This document shows, piece after piece, positions 18,964 through 31,000 of a stretch of DNA of 58,349 bases (within the stretch, counting starts at the first letter, position 1; each line of letters opens with the position of its first letter). Origin of the DNA: Candidatus Omnitrophota bacterium (GTDB taxonomy: Bacteria > Omnitrophota > Gorgyraeia > Zapsychrales > Zapsychraceae); assembly GCA_003522725.1 (NCBI GenBank), contig DPIG01000055.1, forward strand, positions 1 to 58,349, given 5' to 3'. The notes below the pieces were generated by a model. The model was not told the DNA's origin, did no database searches, and was given only the letters and a program-made list of their open reading frames with translations. The position numbers and the translations under genes are program-made.

Positions 18964-19156
18964 CTTCCAATTCTCTTTCTTTCAAAATAGTCAGGGCGCG
19001 GGCGATTTCTTTTCTTAACGCTTTGAAGCGAGCCGGTTTTTCAACATTGCCCATTTTGCGCTGGTAATTAAGATCATACAATTCCTTCTTGAGATCTTTA
19101 CCTTTTTTGACCAGCTCTTCCGAGTTTAATTCTCTTATTCCCTTGTTTTTTTTCAT
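18938..19156 (-). CDS. rpmC: 50S ribosomal protein L29
   Basis: 72 aa; ELNSEELVKKGKDLKKELYDLNYQ. Confidence 0.95.
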   Translation of the reverse strand: MKKNKGIRELNSEELVKKGKDLKKELYDLNYQRKMGNVEKPARFKALRKEIARALTILKERELEDERTSKKA

Positions 19157-19575
19157 GCGTGCGCTCCCATGCGCGAAATAAACCGCGTCCTTACCGGCAA
19201 TTTAAACGCGATCAACCGGCAAACCACCTTGGCGAATTCTTCCGGCACGCCGCTAATCTCAAAAAGCATTCTTCCGCGATATATCGGGCAGATCCAATGA
19301 GACAGATCCCCTTTTCCTTTTCCCATACGTGTTTCCGCGGGTTTCTTGGTAACCGGTTTATAAGGAAAAATATTAATCCAGATCTTGCCGGCCCCTTTCA
19401 TCTTGCGTGCCGCCGCCACCCGGCAGGCCTCAATATGGTTCGACCGGATAATGCCATTTTCTATGGCCTTTAAACCGTACTCGCCGAAGTGCAGCTTATT
19501 GCCCGATGTGGCGATCCCGCGGATCTTCCCCTTGAGGGCCTTGCGGTACTTAACTTTTCTGGGCATCACAGCCAT
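19153..19575 (-). CDS. rplP: 50S ribosomal protein L16
   Basis: MPRKVKYRK... and KPAETRMGKGKG. Confidence 0.97.
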   Translation of the reverse strand: MAVMPRKVKYRKALKGKIRGIATSGNKLHFGEYGLKAIENGIIRSNHIEACRVAAARKMKGAGKIWINIFPYKPVTKKPAETRMGKGKGDLSHWICPIYRGRMLFEISGVPEEFAKVVCRLIAFKLPVRTRFISRMGAHA

Positions 19576-19604
19576 CGTAATTCTATCTCCTCACTAAAAA
19601 ACCC

Positions 19605-20327
19605 TTAAGACCGCGTCGTGTCCTTTTTAAAAGAAGCCTTCTTAAAAGTCGCCTGCTGCGGTTGTTGCGGCGTATTGGTCTCCCCCTGGCGCTTGATCTC
19701 CTTGATCACTTCGCCCTTGTTGGTCCACACCTTTACGCCTAACAATCCATACGTCGTCAACGCTTCGGCAAATCCATATTCGATCTGGGCGCGAAATGTG
19801 TGCAGGGGAAGCTTGCCGACGCGATAGGATTCACTACGCGCCAACTCGGCACCATTAAGACGCCCGGAACATTTGACCTTGATCCCCTTGATACCGGCGG
19901 ACATGGCTTGGTCAATGGCCCGTTTCATCGCGCGGCGAAACGCGATGCGTTTTTCCAGCTGCGTGGCGATATTCTGGGCAATTAATTGAGCATCAACGGA
20001 CGGATTCTTGATTTCCTGCGGATCAATAGCGATTTCCTTGGAGGTAATCTCTCCCAGCTCCACCCGTAATTTGTCAATATCCGCCCCGCGGCGTCCGATG
20101 ATCACTCCGGGACGCGCGGTATGGATGATGACCCGGATCTTATCGCCTAGCCGTTCAATGACGACCTTGGAAACTGCCGCCTGCGCAAAACGTTTCTTGA
20201 TGAACTGACGGATCTTGTAATCCTCCAGAATGTTCTGCGCGAATTGCTTTTTGTCCGCGAACCAGAGGCTTCTCCAGTTTTCGATATATCCGATGCGTAA
20301 TGCTACTGGGCTAACTTTTTGTCCCAC
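19605..20327 (-). CDS. rpsC: 30S ribosomal protein S3 (Gln/Lys-rich C-terminal tail)
   Basis: GTG start at 20327 after an AGGAG SD; MGQKVSPVALRIG; KH domain. Confidence 0.97.
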   Translation of the reverse strand: MGQKVSPVALRIGYIENWRSLWFADKKQFAQNILEDYKIRQFIKKRFAQAAVSKVVIERLGDKIRVIIHTARPGVIIGRRGADIDKLRVELGEITSKEIAIDPQEIKNPSVDAQLIAQNIATQLEKRIAFRRAMKRAIDQAMSAGIKGIKVKCSGRLNGAELARSESYRVGKLPLHTFRAQIEYGFAEALTTYGLLGVKVWTNKGEVIKEIKRQGETNTPQQPQQATFKKASFKKDTTRS

Positions 20328-20338
20328 TGCTTATTCTC

Positions 20339-20674
20339 CTATTTGGTTTTTAAATCCAGTTCGATCGTTAAATGGGTCGTTCTCTTTAAAATCGGTGTCG
20401 CTCTCCCGAACGACGCGGCGCGAAAACGTTTCCAGGAAGCGCCCTGATCGGCCACGATCCGCGAGATGAACAGCTGGTCTTCCATAAGCCCTTTTTGCTT
20501 GGCGTTGTCCACGGCAGAACTTAACACTTTACTGATCATCGTCCGCGACCCCTTCTGGACGTGGGTCAAAATCGCCTGCGAAGTTGCCACATCCTTGCCG
20601 CGGATGAGATCGATCACCTGCCGGACCTTCGTCGGTGAAACGCGTAAAAATTTTGCTCGTGCGAGGGCTATCAT
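20339..20674 (-). CDS. rplV: 50S ribosomal protein L22
   Basis: AKFLRVSPTKVRQVIDLIRGK. Confidence 0.97.
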   Translation of the reverse strand: MIALARAKFLRVSPTKVRQVIDLIRGKDVATSQAILTHVQKGSRTMISKVLSSAVDNAKQKGLMEDQLFISRIVADQGASWKRFRAASFGRATPILKRTTHLTIELDLKTK

Positions 20675-20686
20675 TGCTTCCGACCT

Positions 20687-20974
20687 TTAAGTCTTATCCG
20701 GCGCTTTTTTAGCTTTAACGCCGCCATGCTTTTTAAACGTACGTGTATGGGCAAATTCGCCAAATTTGTATCCGACCATATTTTCTGTAATGAAAATCGG
20801 CACGTGCTTACGGCCATCATGAACCGCCACCGTATAGCCGACAAAATCCGGAGTGACGGTGGAACGCCGCGACCATGTCTTGATCGGTTGTCGCTGACCG
20901 GATAAGACCATCCGGTTAAGCTTCTTTAATAATGATTCTTCAACGTACGGGCCTTTTTTGACTGAACGCGTCAT
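20687..20974 (-). CDS. rpsS: 30S ribosomal protein S19
   Basis: [11 protein letters not shown] ... [17 protein letters not shown]. Confidence 0.97.
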   Translation of the reverse strand: MTRSVKKGPYVEESLLKKLNRMVLSGQRQPIKTWSRRSTVTPDFVGYTVAVHDGRKHVPIFITENMVGYKFGEFAHTRTFKKHGGVKAKKAPDKT

Positions 20975-20975
20975 A

Positions 20976-21815
20976 TTACTTGGATCCCCTTCTGCGAATG
21001 ATATACTGGTCCGAATATTTCTGTTTCTTGCGGGTTTTGTACCCTTTGGTCGGTCTTCCCCACGGCGTGACCGGATGCGGATTTCCCTGCGGGGCTTTAC
21101 CTTCGCCGCCTCCGTGTGGATGGTCCACCGGATTCATGACAACCCCGCGAACTTTCGGGCGATGCCCCAGCCAACGCATTCTTCCCGCTTTTCCGATCGA
21201 ACGCGTTTCATGCTCGACATTGCCGATCTGTCCGATGGAGGAACGGCAATCAATCAGGACCTTCCTCACTTCGCTCGACGGCATGCGGATGAAGGCGTAA
21301 TCCCCCTCTTTGGCAACGAGCTGAATAGATGTCCCCGCGGAACGGGCGATCTTCCCGCCTTGCCCGGGTTTCAGTTCAATATTATGCAACGCTGTCCCCA
21401 GTGGAATACGGCGTAACGGCATGCAATTCCCGGGCTTGATTTCCACATCTTTATCGATAGTGCTGATCACCTTATCACCGGGCTTCAGATCGCGCGGAGC
21501 AAGAATATACGACTTGACCCCATCCGGATATTGGATCAACGCAATACGCGCGGTACGATTCGGATCGTACTCTATGGCCAAGACGGTGCATTCCTGGTCA
21601 ACACGATCTCTCTTGAAATCAATGAGGCGATACATCCTCTTGTGTCCGCCGCCACGATATCGCATGGTGATGCGCCCGTACACATTGCGCCCGCCAGAAC
21701 TTTTCAACGGCCGCAAAAGGTTCTTTTCCGGCTTTCCTTTGGTGATCTCCGCGAAATCCGCAATCGCCGTATGGCGCAACGTACTGGTTACCGGCCTAAA
21801 TCGTCTAATACCCAT
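20976..21815 (-). CDS. rplB: 50S ribosomal protein L2
   Basis: 279 aa; [19 protein letters not shown]. Confidence 0.98.
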   Translation of the reverse strand: MGIRRFRPVTSTLRHTAIADFAEITKGKPEKNLLRPLKSSGGRNVYGRITMRYRGGGHKRMYRLIDFKRDRVDQECTVLAIEYDPNRTARIALIQYPDGVKSYILAPRDLKPGDKVISTIDKDVEIKPGNCMPLRRIPLGTALHNIELKPGQGGKIARSAGTSIQLVAKEGDYAFIRMPSSEVRKVLIDCRSSIGQIGNVEHETRSIGKAGRMRWLGHRPKVRGVVMNPVDHPHGGGEGKAPQGNPHPVTPWGRPTKGYKTRKKQKYSDQYIIRRRGSK

Positions 21816-21817
21816 TT

Positions 21818-22096
21818 TTATGTAACCTCGATCTTGTTTCCATCTTTAAGCGTAACGATCGCTTTTTTCCAAGGCGTGGTGCGGCCCAATTCCTGACGCA
21901 CGCGTCGCAGTTTCCCCGGGACAAGTGATGTGTTAACCGACTCAACCTTCACTTTATAGATCTCCTCAACGGCCCTGCGGATCTGAACCTTGTTGGCGTC
22001 AGTGGCCACCTGAAAGAGGTACTTGCGCTGCGGTTCCAAAAAAGTCGCCCGCTCGGTACGCACCAGGTTTTTGACGACATCGTAGGCGTGCATCAT
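21818..22096 (-). CDS. rplW: 50S ribosomal protein L23
   Basis: 92 aa; S10-operon position between rplD and rplB; [27 protein letters not shown]. Confidence 0.95.
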   Translation of the reverse strand: MMHAYDVVKNLVRTERATFLEPQRKYLFQVATDANKVQIRRAVEEIYKVKVESVNTSLVPGKLRRVRQELGRTTPWKKAIVTLKDGNKIEVT

Positions 22097-22719
22097 TTGG
22101 TTATACGCTCCAGCAAGTTATTGAACGCCGTTTTAGTGACCAAGATCTTTTTATGACGCAAGATGTCATACGCGTTGACATCCTGGGAACGCATCAAACG
22201 AAACCGCGGAATATTGCGGGACACTCTCTGTATGCTGGGGTCGCAGCCATCGAGAAGGGCAAGTATTTTCCCGTTAAGACTCAAATTCTTCAGAATCGCG
22301 GCGAACTCTTTCGTCTTCGCGAACGGTTTTTTGAAATCATCGACACAGACTAAATTCTTGCCCTGATATTTCACGTTCAAAGTCTCGCGTAAAGCTCCTT
22401 GACGAACCTTCTGGGGAACACTATAACTGAAATCCCTGGGATGAGGACCGAAAACAATACCGCCTTTTTTCCATAGCGGTGACCGAATGGATCCATGACG
22501 GGCGCGTCCGGTCCCTTTCTGGCGCCAAGGCTTGATGCCGCCGCCAGAAATTTCCTTGCGTGTCTTTGTCGATGCGTTACCCTGGCGGTCAGAGGCCTGA
22601 TACATGACGACTGCCTGGTGAATCACATCTTGATTGATGGGCTCATCAAAAATTTCCTTGGGAAGATCGATAGCCCCCGATTCTTTCCCCTCATTATTTA
22701 AAACAGGCAGACTCGACAC
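22093..22719 (-). CDS. rplD: 50S ribosomal protein L4
   Basis: GTG start at 22719, 1 nt after the rplC stop; KPWRQKGTGRARHGSIRSPLW. Confidence 0.97.
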   Translation of the reverse strand: MSSLPVLNNEGKESGAIDLPKEIFDEPINQDVIHQAVVMYQASDRQGNASTKTRKEISGGGIKPWRQKGTGRARHGSIRSPLWKKGGIVFGPHPRDFSYSVPQKVRQGALRETLNVKYQGKNLVCVDDFKKPFAKTKEFAAILKNLSLNGKILALLDGCDPSIQRVSRNIPRFRLMRSQDVNAYDILRHKKILVTKTAFNNLLERITK

Positions 22720-22720
22720 G

Positions 22721-23431
22721 TTATTTCCCCTTACCCGTTGCCTTGGCCTTACTTTGCTTCATAGGGTTGACTTTACGGACAACAGCCTTACGTTCCTCGT
22801 CCAAAGGTTTGAAGGCCTTTTTCTTCGAACGATATATCTCGACATATGCATTCTTATGTCCCGGGACAACACCTTTAAGAAGGATCGTATTCTTCTCGGC
22901 ATCAACCACCATGACGCGCAGTCCTTGGGCTGTAATCCTACGTGCGCCCATATGTCCTGGCATGTTCGTCCCACGAAGTGTTCTTGAAGGATCGGCGCTG
23001 GCGCCGATGGATCCCACGCGACGGTGGTGCATGGAACCGTGCCCCGCAGGGCCGCCCATCCAGTGCCAACGTTTCATACCACCTTGGAACCCTTTTCCAA
23101 TCGAAGTTCCAACGACATTGACAAATTCACCTGGCTTAAAAACATCGGCCTTTAATTCTTGGCCGACCTTATAATCCTTGTTTTCCGTTGATTCAAATTC
23201 CTTGATAACACGCAAAGGCGGCACACCGGTTTTTTTGAAGAACCCAAGTATGGGCTTGTTGACGCGTGATTCTTTGACCTGTTCAAAGCCCACCTTCACC
23301 TTTGGGGGGGAATCCTGCAACCCCAAAACGATGCACGGGCCGGCCTCGACAACAGTGACGGGAACAACGTCCCCATCCTTATCAAAAATCTGCGTCATAC
23401 CCAATTTTTTCCCTAATAAACCGCGGATCAT
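22721..23431 (-). CDS. rplC: 50S ribosomal protein L3 (Lys-rich C-terminal tail)
   Basis: MIRGLLGKKLGMTQIFD ... GKGFQGGMKRW. Confidence 0.97.
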   Translation of the reverse strand: MIRGLLGKKLGMTQIFDKDGDVVPVTVVEAGPCIVLGLQDSPPKVKVGFEQVKESRVNKPILGFFKKTGVPPLRVIKEFESTENKDYKVGQELKADVFKPGEFVNVVGTSIGKGFQGGMKRWHWMGGPAGHGSMHHRRVGSIGASADPSRTLRGTNMPGHMGARRITAQGLRVMVVDAEKNTILLKGVVPGHKNAYVEIYRSKKKAFKPLDEERKAVVRKVNPMKQSKAKATGKGK

Positions 23432-23446
23432 GATTTCAACGCGCCT

Positions 23447-23758
23447 TTATTGCTTGATCTCAACATCCACACCCGCCGGCAGGTTCAATTTCCTCAAGGC
23501 TTCCACGGTTTTTGCCGTAGGATCAATAAGGTCAATGAGCCGTTTATGGGTGGCCAGTTGAAATTGTTCTCTGGATTTTTTATCGATCACGGGAGATCGC
23601 AACACCGTATAGAGCTCCTTTTTGGTCGGCAATGGCACGGGACCGGAAACTTTGGCGCCCGTGCGAATGGCCGTATCCAGGATCTCCTGGGCGGATTGAT
23701 CGATCAACCTGTGATCGAATGCTTTGAGTTTTATCCGTATTTTTTGCTGTTGTTGCAT
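23447..23758 (-). CDS. rpsJ: 30S ribosomal protein S10
   Basis: [21 protein letters not shown] ... GPVPLPT. Confidence 0.97.
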   Translation of the reverse strand: MQQQQKIRIKLKAFDHRLIDQSAQEILDTAIRTGAKVSGPVPLPTKKELYTVLRSPVIDKKSREQFQLATHKRLIDLIDPTAKTVEALRKLNLPAGVDVEIKQ

Positions 23759-23773
23759 GATGATCTCGATATT

Positions 23774-24967
23774 TTATGCGATGATTTGGTGTATAACACC
23801 GGCACCAACCGTATGGCCACCTTCACGGATAGCGAAACGCAATTCCTTCTCCATGGCGATGGGCTGGATCAACTCCACTTCCAGCTCGACGTTATCGCCG
23901 GGCATACACATTTCCACACCGGCCGGAAGATTGGCCGATCCGGTCACGTCCGTCGTACGGAAATAGAATTGTGGCCGGTATCCTTTGAAAAACGGTGTAT
24001 GACGGCCACCTTCTTCCTTGGTTAAAATATATGTCTTGGCTTTGAATTTGGTGTGCGGCGTAATGGATCCGGCCGCGGCCAAAACCTGGCCTCTCTGGAT
24101 GTCGTCTTTTTCAACACCGCGCAAAAGCAAGCCGACGTTGTCCCCGGCCTGACCGAAATCGAGTTCCTTGCGGAACATTTCGACGCCCGTAACAACCGTC
24201 TTTTTGATGTCCTTGGTCATCCCCACGAGATCGACTTCTTCACCAACCTTGACTTTACCACGCTCGATACGTCCGGTAGCGACCGTTCCCCGGCCCGAGA
24301 TGGAAAACACGTCTTCGATGGCCATCAAGAACGGTTTATCCAGTTCGCGGACAGGTTCGGGGATGAAATCGTCAACGGCCTTCATCAGATCGACGATAGG
24401 CTGAGTCTTAGAGTCATCATTAAGGTTGTTTATGGCCTCCAGGGCGCTTCCCTTGATGATCGGCGTTTTGTCACCATCATATTTATACTTGGTCAAAAGG
24501 TCACGGATTTCCAGCTCAACGAGTTCAAAAAGTTCTTTATCCTGGACCTGATCACACTTGTTAAGGAAGACAACGATGGAGGGAACGTTCACCTGGCGGG
24601 CCAAAAGGATGTGCTCCTTGGTCTGGGGCATGGCGCCATCGGCGGCGGAAACGACGAGGATCGCGCCGTCCATCTGGGCCGCACCCGTGATCATGTTCTT
24701 GATATAGTCGGCGTGGCCGGGACAGTCGATGTGCGCGTAGTGTCTTTTCTCTGTCTCATACTCGATATGCGAGATGTTGATCGTAACACCGCGCTCTTTT
24801 TCTTCCGGAGCGTTGTCAATGGAATCATAGCTGCGCGCCTGGGCTAATCCTCTTTTCGCCAATACGTTGGTAATGGCGGAACTTAGAGTCGTTTTCCCGT
24901 GATCAACGTGCCCGATGGTACCGATATTCAAGTGTGGTTTATTTCTTACGAACTTTTCCTTGGCCAT
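23774..24967 (-). CDS. tuf: Elongation factor Tu
   Basis: 397 aa; [22 protein letters not shown]. Confidence 0.99.
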   Translation of the reverse strand: MAKEKFVRNKPHLNIGTIGHVDHGKTTLSSAITNVLAKRGLAQARSYDSIDNAPEEKERGVTINISHIEYETEKRHYAHIDCPGHADYIKNMITGAAQMDGAILVVSAADGAMPQTKEHILLARQVNVPSIVVFLNKCDQVQDKELFELVELEIRDLLTKYKYDGDKTPIIKGSALEAINNLNDDSKTQPIVDLMKAVDDFIPEPVRELDKPFLMAIEDVFSISGRGTVATGRIERGKVKVGEEVDLVGMTKDIKKTVVTGVEMFRKELDFGQAGDNVGLLLRGVEKDDIQRGQVLAAAGSITPHTKFKAKTYILTKEEGGRHTPFFKGYRPQFYFRTTDVTGSANLPAGVEMCMPGDNVELEVELIQPIAMEKELRFAIREGGHTVGAGVIHQIIA

Positions 24968-25034
24968 CTTATGCCTCCTTCTTTCTCATAAAAACTCTTG
25001 AATAATGACGCTTTATGATTCTCTAATTTATGTA

Positions 25035-27137
25035 TCAGCTCTTTTTGCCAAGAGCTTCCTGGTGCGCCCCAATGATCTTGTCGGCGACATATTGAGGCAC
25101 TTCCGCATAAAAGGCGGGCTCCATACTAAACGTCGCCCGTCCTTGAGTTAAGGAACGTACCGCGTTGGCATAGTTGAACATTTCCGCCAACGGGACCTCA
25201 CAGCGTGCCGTCTTGATCTTTCCGCGTGTCCCCATATTGACGATCTTGGCCCTTCTCGTCTGGAGATCGCCTATGACGGCGCCCATAAACTCTTCCGGTG
25301 CCACCGCTTCGATATCCATGATCGGTTCCAAGAATACCGATTTACCTTTTTGAAGCGCTTCCCGTAAAGCGAATTTCGCGGCCAACTGGAACGCCAACTC
25401 GCTGGAATCGACGTCGTGGTAAGAACCATCGATCAATGTGACAATAAGGTCCGTTACCGGATAACCGGCCAAAACACCGGCAGAAGAGGCATCCTTGATC
25501 CCTTTTTCTACACCGGGGATAAATTCGCGGGGGATCGCCCCACCTTTAATCTTATTAATAAATTCAACACCTTTCCCATGCTCCTGGGCAGGCTCCACAT
25601 TGATGACGACGTGGCCGTATTGCCCCCGGCCGCCGCTCTGACTGATATGTTTACCGACAACATCGTCTACTTTACGCGTGATCGTTTCTTTATACGCGAC
25701 CTGCGGCCGGCCGATATTTGTCTCCAGGTTAAATTCGCGCTTCATGCGGTCAATGATAATCTCCAAGTGCAGCTCGCCCATCCCGGAAATAATCGTCTGG
25801 GCCGTTTCATGATCATAGTGCACGCGCAACGATGGATCCTCGTCCAAAAATTTCTTTAGAGTAAACCCCATCTTGTCCTGGTCGGCCTTGGTCTTGGGCT
25901 CGATAGACATCGAGACAACCGGTTCGGGGATACGCATATTCTCGAGTAAAATCTTCTTTTCCTGATCGCACAACGTATCGCCGGACTTGCTTTCCTTGAT
26001 ACCAACTAACGCCACGATTTCCCCAGCTTCCGCTTTCGGGACGATCTCCTGCTTATTGGCGTGCATAATAACAATTTTGGAAATCCGTTCCTTGACCTGC
26101 TGTGTGGAATTATAGACCCCTTCGCCCGAAACAATCCTCCCTGAATATATGCGCGTAAAGAACAATTTTCCTACGTAAGGATCTGTGGCTATTTTAAATA
26201 CCAAAGCGCTCAAAGGGGCATCGGCAGATGGCGGACGAGTGACTTCTTCTTTCGTTGCGGGATCAATGCCTTTGACCGGCGGAACATCCAATGGCGAAGG
26301 CAAATAATCACAAACCGCATCCAGAACCAACTGAACGCCCTTATTTTTAAGCGATGACCCGCATAAAATGGGTAAAAATGTGCCTGCGATGGTCGCGCGT
26401 CGAATGGCCTTCTTGATATCTTCGACACTGATCTCTTTTTCCTCTAAAAATTTTTCCGCGATCTCATCATCGGCATCCGCGAGACGTTCGATCAATGTGT
26501 GACGATACTGCTTTAATTTATCTTTCAATTCAGCGGGCACGTCGCTTAATATACGGTTGACGCCCAAGTCGTCTTCATATGTGACATATTTCTCCAAAAT
26601 GACATCCACAATACCTGTAAATCTGTCTTCGGTTCCATTCGGGAACGTGATCGCAGCCGCATTGGCGCCCAGGCGGTCATGAACGTCGGCCAAGACACGT
26701 TCAAAGCTCGCGCCCAAACGATCGAGCTTGTTGATAAAAGCGAGCCGCGGGACATTGTATCGATCGGCCTGACGCCAGACCGTTTCGGTCTGGGATTGCA
26801 CGCCGCTGGTCCCGCATAAAACAATCACGGCCCCGTCCAAAACTTTCAAAGACCGCTCGACTTCGATGGTAAAATCCACGTGGCCGGGGGTGTCGATGAT
26901 ATTGATCTTTTTCTTGTTCCAAAAACAGGTGGTATTCGCCGCCGTGATGGTGATCCCGCGCTCCTGTTCCTGCTCCATCCAGTCCATGGTCGCGTTTCCA
27001 TCATCAACGCTTCCCATCTTATGGATGACGCCGGTATAAAACAGGATCCGCTCGGTCGTCGTCGTCTTACCCGCGTCGATATGGGCGATGATCCCGATAT
27101 TTCTCACATCATGCAATGGTGTTGCGTCTGCTGCCAT
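25035..27137 (-). CDS. fusA: Elongation factor G
   Basis: 700 aa; [27 protein letters not shown]. Confidence 0.99.
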   Translation of the reverse strand: MAADATPLHDVRNIGIIAHIDAGKTTTTERILFYTGVIHKMGSVDDGNATMDWMEQEQERGITITAANTTCFWNKKKINIIDTPGHVDFTIEVERSLKVLDGAVIVLCGTSGVQSQTETVWRQADRYNVPRLAFINKLDRLGASFERVLADVHDRLGANAAAITFPNGTEDRFTGIVDVILEKYVTYEDDLGVNRILSDVPAELKDKLKQYRHTLIERLADADDEIAEKFLEEKEISVEDIKKAIRRATIAGTFLPILCGSSLKNKGVQLVLDAVCDYLPSPLDVPPVKGIDPATKEEVTRPPSADAPLSALVFKIATDPYVGKLFFTRIYSGRIVSGEGVYNSTQQVKERISKIVIMHANKQEIVPKAEAGEIVALVGIKESKSGDTLCDQEKKILLENMRIPEPVVSMSIEPKTKADQDKMGFTLKKFLDEDPSLRVHYDHETAQTIISGMGELHLEIIIDRMKREFNLETNIGRPQVAYKETITRKVDDVVGKHISQSGGRGQYGHVVINVEPAQEHGKGVEFINKIKGGAIPREFIPGVEKGIKDASSAGVLAGYPVTDLIVTLIDGSYHDVDSSELAFQLAAKFALREALQKGKSVFLEPIMDIEAVAPEEFMGAVIGDLQTRRAKIVNMGTRGKIKTARCEVPLAEMFNYANAVRSLTQGRATFSMEPAFYAEVPQYVADKIIGAHQEALGKKS

Positions 27138-27165
27138 GGGCTTTTAAACTTCCCTGTTAATTAAG

Positions 27166-27208
27166 AACTGCATCGGCTTTAATTCCTGCATACAAAGCCG
27201 GTGCAGTT
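27166..27208 (-). other. Intercistronic stem-loop between rpsG and fusA
   Basis: Arms 27166-27180 and 27194-27208 are complementary at 14 of 15 positions, with a 13-nt loop. The element fills most of the 77-nt spacer. Confidence 0.5.
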
Positions 27209-27214
27209 TCAATA

Positions 27215-27685
27215 TTACCAACGTAGGTGCGCAAAGGCCTTGTTCGCCTCTGCCATTTTATGAGTGTCGTCCCGCTTCTTGATCGCCTGACCTTCCCCTT
27301 TGGCTGCGGCAATAAGCTCATCGGCCAATTTAATCGGCATGGGCTTACCCTTTTTCTTGCGCGCAAAATCACGGATCCAGCGCATCGCCAAAGAATTTCC
27401 CCGGGCGAGCGGCACTTCGATAGGGACCTGATACGTCGCCCCGCCGACACGTCTGGACTTGACTTCCAGTTTGGGGCGGACATTGTCGATGGCTTTGGCA
27501 AACACCTTCACCGCGCCCAATTCATGATTTTTCTGGTCGATCAAGTCGAAGGCCCCGTAAACGATATTCTCGGCCGTCGTTTTTCTCCCCTCGGACATAA
27601 TAACATTGACAAACTTGGTCACAAGCCGATTGCCGTATTTCGGATCGGGGGCTGTTTCTCTTAGTTCTGCACTGCGTCTACGCAT
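27215..27685 (-). CDS. rpsG: 30S ribosomal protein S7
   Basis: [10 protein letters not shown] ... [13 protein letters not shown] ... [10 protein letters not shown]. Confidence 0.98.
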   Translation of the reverse strand: MRRRSAELRETAPDPKYGNRLVTKFVNVIMSEGRKTTAENIVYGAFDLIDQKNHELGAVKVFAKAIDNVRPKLEVKSRRVGGATYQVPIEVPLARGNSLAMRWIRDFARKKKGKPMPIKLADELIAAAKGEGQAIKKRDDTHKMAEANKAFAHLRW

Positions 27686-27688
27686 ATG

Positions 27689-28066
27689 TTATTTACCTGA
27701 ATCCTTTTTTGCTCCGTACTTCGACCGTGATTTTTTGCGCTTCGCGACACCAGCGGTGTCCAATGTCCCGCGCACGATATGATAGCGCACGCCGGGCAAA
27801 TCTTTCACGCGGCCGCCGCGTACCAACACGATCGAATGTTCCTGAAGGTTGTGCCCTTCACCCGGGATATACGAGGTGACCTCGAACTTGTTGGACAAAC
27901 GCACCCTGGCGATCTTGCGCAACGCCGAGTTCGGTTTTTTAGGCGTCATCGTTTTAACCTGCAGGCAAACTCCCCGTCGGAACGGACAGTTCGTGAGTGC
28001 GGGCGACTTACTCTTCTTTATTCTCTGTACTCTTTGTTTCCTGATGAGTTGCTGTATCGTCGGCAT
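27689..28066 (-). CDS. rpsL: 30S ribosomal protein S12
   Basis: [10 protein letters not shown] ... [11 protein letters not shown] ... [14 protein letters not shown]. The first 19 codons overlap the rpoC 3' end. Confidence 0.98.
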   Translation of the reverse strand: MPTIQQLIRKQRVQRIKKSKSPALTNCPFRRGVCLQVKTMTPKKPNSALRKIARVRLSNKFEVTSYIPGEGHNLQEHSIVLVRGGRVKDLPGVRYHIVRGTLDTAGVAKRKKSRSKYGAKKDSGK

Positions 28067-31000
28067 ATTTCACCACTTCAACATTTTCGTATTCTTTAAG
28101 GCCTGTTCCCGCCGGGATCAGATGGCCCACAATAACATTTTCCTTCAAGCCGCAAAGGAGGTCAATTTTACCAGATGAGGCGGCCTCTGTCAACACCCTT
28201 GTTGTCTCCTGAAAACTTGCGGAAGAGATGAAACTCTCTGTAGTTAAAGATACTTTCGTAATTCCCAAAAGAAGCGGCGTGGCCTTGGCCGGCTTGCCTT
28301 TTTTCTTCAGAACTTCCTCATTGGCCTTCTTAAAAGTGGCCCGGTTGATCTGTTCGCCAATCAGAAATTCCGTATCTCCGGAGTCTTCAATCTTAACTTT
28401 TTTGAGCATCTGCCCGATAATGAGCTCAATGTGCTTATCGTTAATGCGCACGCCCTGCAAACGATAGACTTCCTGGACCTCGTTGAGCAAATATTCCTGG
28501 AGTATTTTATCACCGCACACGCGCAGGATGTCGTGAGGAACGACCGGTCCGTCCGTCAACTGCTGCCCGGCAAATACCCTGTCGCCTTTGTATACGTTAG
28601 GATGCTTGCCGTGGGGGATCGTGTACTCCGAGTGCATCCCGGTCGGACTTCGCACAATAATTGTACGGCGTCCTTTTTTATCCTGGCTGAACTCAACTGT
28701 CCCATCGATCTCGCTGATAACCGCGGGGTCTTTCGGACGTCTTGCTTCGAACAACTCCGCCACGCGTGGAAGGCCGCCGGTAATATCGCGCGTCTTGCCG
28801 GCGCCACGGGGGATCTTTGCGATCAAATCACCGGCATTGATCTGTTGTTTATCCTTAACGAGGATATGCGCGCCGATAGGGATCGAGTAAATGCCGACGA
28901 TCTCTTTTTTCTCATCAGTCATGATGATCTGCGGGTGGTATTCCTGTTTGTGTTCAACAACAACCCGCTCGGTAACCCCGGTCACAGGATTCTGTTCTTC
29001 CTGGACCGTCACATCAGGGATAAGGTCTTCGGAATTGACAACACCCTTGACTTCCGTAATGATCGGCACCGTATACGGGTCCCACGTGACAAACACTTTA
29101 TCTTTGGCAACCGTCGCGCCATCCGGAATATTCAAGACCGCGCCTTGAGGAAGCTGATAGCGCTCAAATTCACGGCCATATTCGTTGTTGATACTGACCG
29201 AACCGTTGCGATTAAGGACGATAAATTCGTTGCCTTTGGCGACCACGCGCAACTGGTGATACTTGATGGATCCCGTGTTTTTGGCCTTATAAAAAGATTG
29301 TTCGATGGCGCGGCTTGCCGTTCCACCGATGTGGAACGTACGCATGGTCAGCTGGGTTCCGGGCTCACCGATACTTTGAGCAGCAATGGTTCCAACCGCT
29401 TCACCGATCTCAACATGGCGCTGGGTAGCTAAGTTCCGTCCATAACATCTCACGCAAACGCCGCGTTCGGCCTCGCAGGTCAAGACGCTGCGGATACGCA
29501 CCTTTTCAATACCCAAATGTTCGATGAATTCAGCCGTTTCTTCATCAATGACTTCTCCGGCCTCGATAACTTTCTGATCGGTAACGATGTCAACAATACT
29601 GTCCAAAGCGACACGTCCCGTGATACGCTCTCTAAGGCTAACGACCAGTTCATCACCTTCAACAATGGCGGAAACCGTGATGCCATTAAGTGTCCCGCAG
29701 TCCTCCACGGTAACGACGACTTCCTGCGCCACGTCGACGAGTCGCCGTGTCAAATACCCGGCGTCAGCGGTTTTCAACGCCGTGTCCGCCAGACCTTTAC
29801 GCGCGCCGTGCGTCGAAATAAAATACTCCAGAACGGTTAATCCTTCACGGAAACTCGCCGTAATGGGGTTCTCGATAATTTCACCCGAGGGTTTGGCCAT
29901 CAGACCGCGCATCCCGGAAAGCTGACGTATCTGCAAACGAGATCCGCGCGCGCCCGAATCCGCCATAATAAACACCGGATTAAACGGGTCCATCTGCTTG
30001 AACACCAAGTCCGACATGGTTTCCGTCGTATGCGTCCAGATGTCGATAATTTTATTGTAACGCTCGCGGCCGGTAATGATACCTTTGCGATACTGGTCTT
30101 CAACTTTAGCGATTTCCTGTTTCGAATTCTTCAGGATATCCGTTTTTTCCTGCGGTATGGTCATGTCACCAATACCGATCGATATCCCTGCCAAAGTCGC
30201 GTTGATGAACCCTAATTCCTTTAAATCATCCAAAAGCTTGATGGTCTTTCCTTGACCAAAACGCTTGTAGCAATCCGAAACGATCGCCCCTGTTTTCTTT
30301 TTGTCCAGCAGTTCGTTGACAAAACCGAATTCAGCGAAGATGATTTCATTAAAGAGGACCCGTCCGACGGTCGTTTCAATGATAGACGGAGCGTTTGTTT
30401 CTTCCTTTTTCAGCTTTTCTTCCTTCTTGGTTTTTTTCTCATCCGCGCCCTTTAAAGCTTCTTCCTGGGAAATGATCAAAGAGGGCTTTTCCTCACCCCA
30501 GACAGGAATATTGGTGCGCAACTTGATACGTTTATGAAGACCCAAAAAGCCGTCGTTGAACGCGACAATGACTTCCTGTGGCGCGGAATAAACACGAGTA
30601 TCTCCTCCACTCTTCTCGTCTTCTTTCGTGAGGTAATAAAGACCCAGGACCATGTCCTGGGAAGGTGTCACGATCGGTCTGCCGTCGGCAGGTGAGAACA
30701 AATTATTGATGGACAAAAGTTCCAGACGGCATTCCATCTGGGCTTCCAGGGAAAGCGGCACGTGGACGGCCATCTGGTCGCCATCGAAGTCCGCGTTAAA
30801 GGCCGCGCACACCAACGGATGCAATTTGATGGCTTTTCCTTCGACGAGTGTGGGATAAAACGCCTGGATGCTTAACCGATGCAACGTGGGGGCGCGGTTA
30901 AGCATGACCGGATGATCCTGGATGACCTCATCAAGAATATCCCAGACCTCGGCCTTTTCCTTCTCCACCATCCGCTTGGCGCCCTTGATCGTGTGGACAT

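Noticed and set aside
27157-27501. 114-aa minus-strand ORF overlapping rpsG in another frame; similar small alternative-frame ORFs occur inside rpoC, fusA, secY and pilQ.
   Set aside because: These ORFs are embedded within strongly conserved genes, have no SD and give compositionally biased translations. They are best treated as chance open frames.
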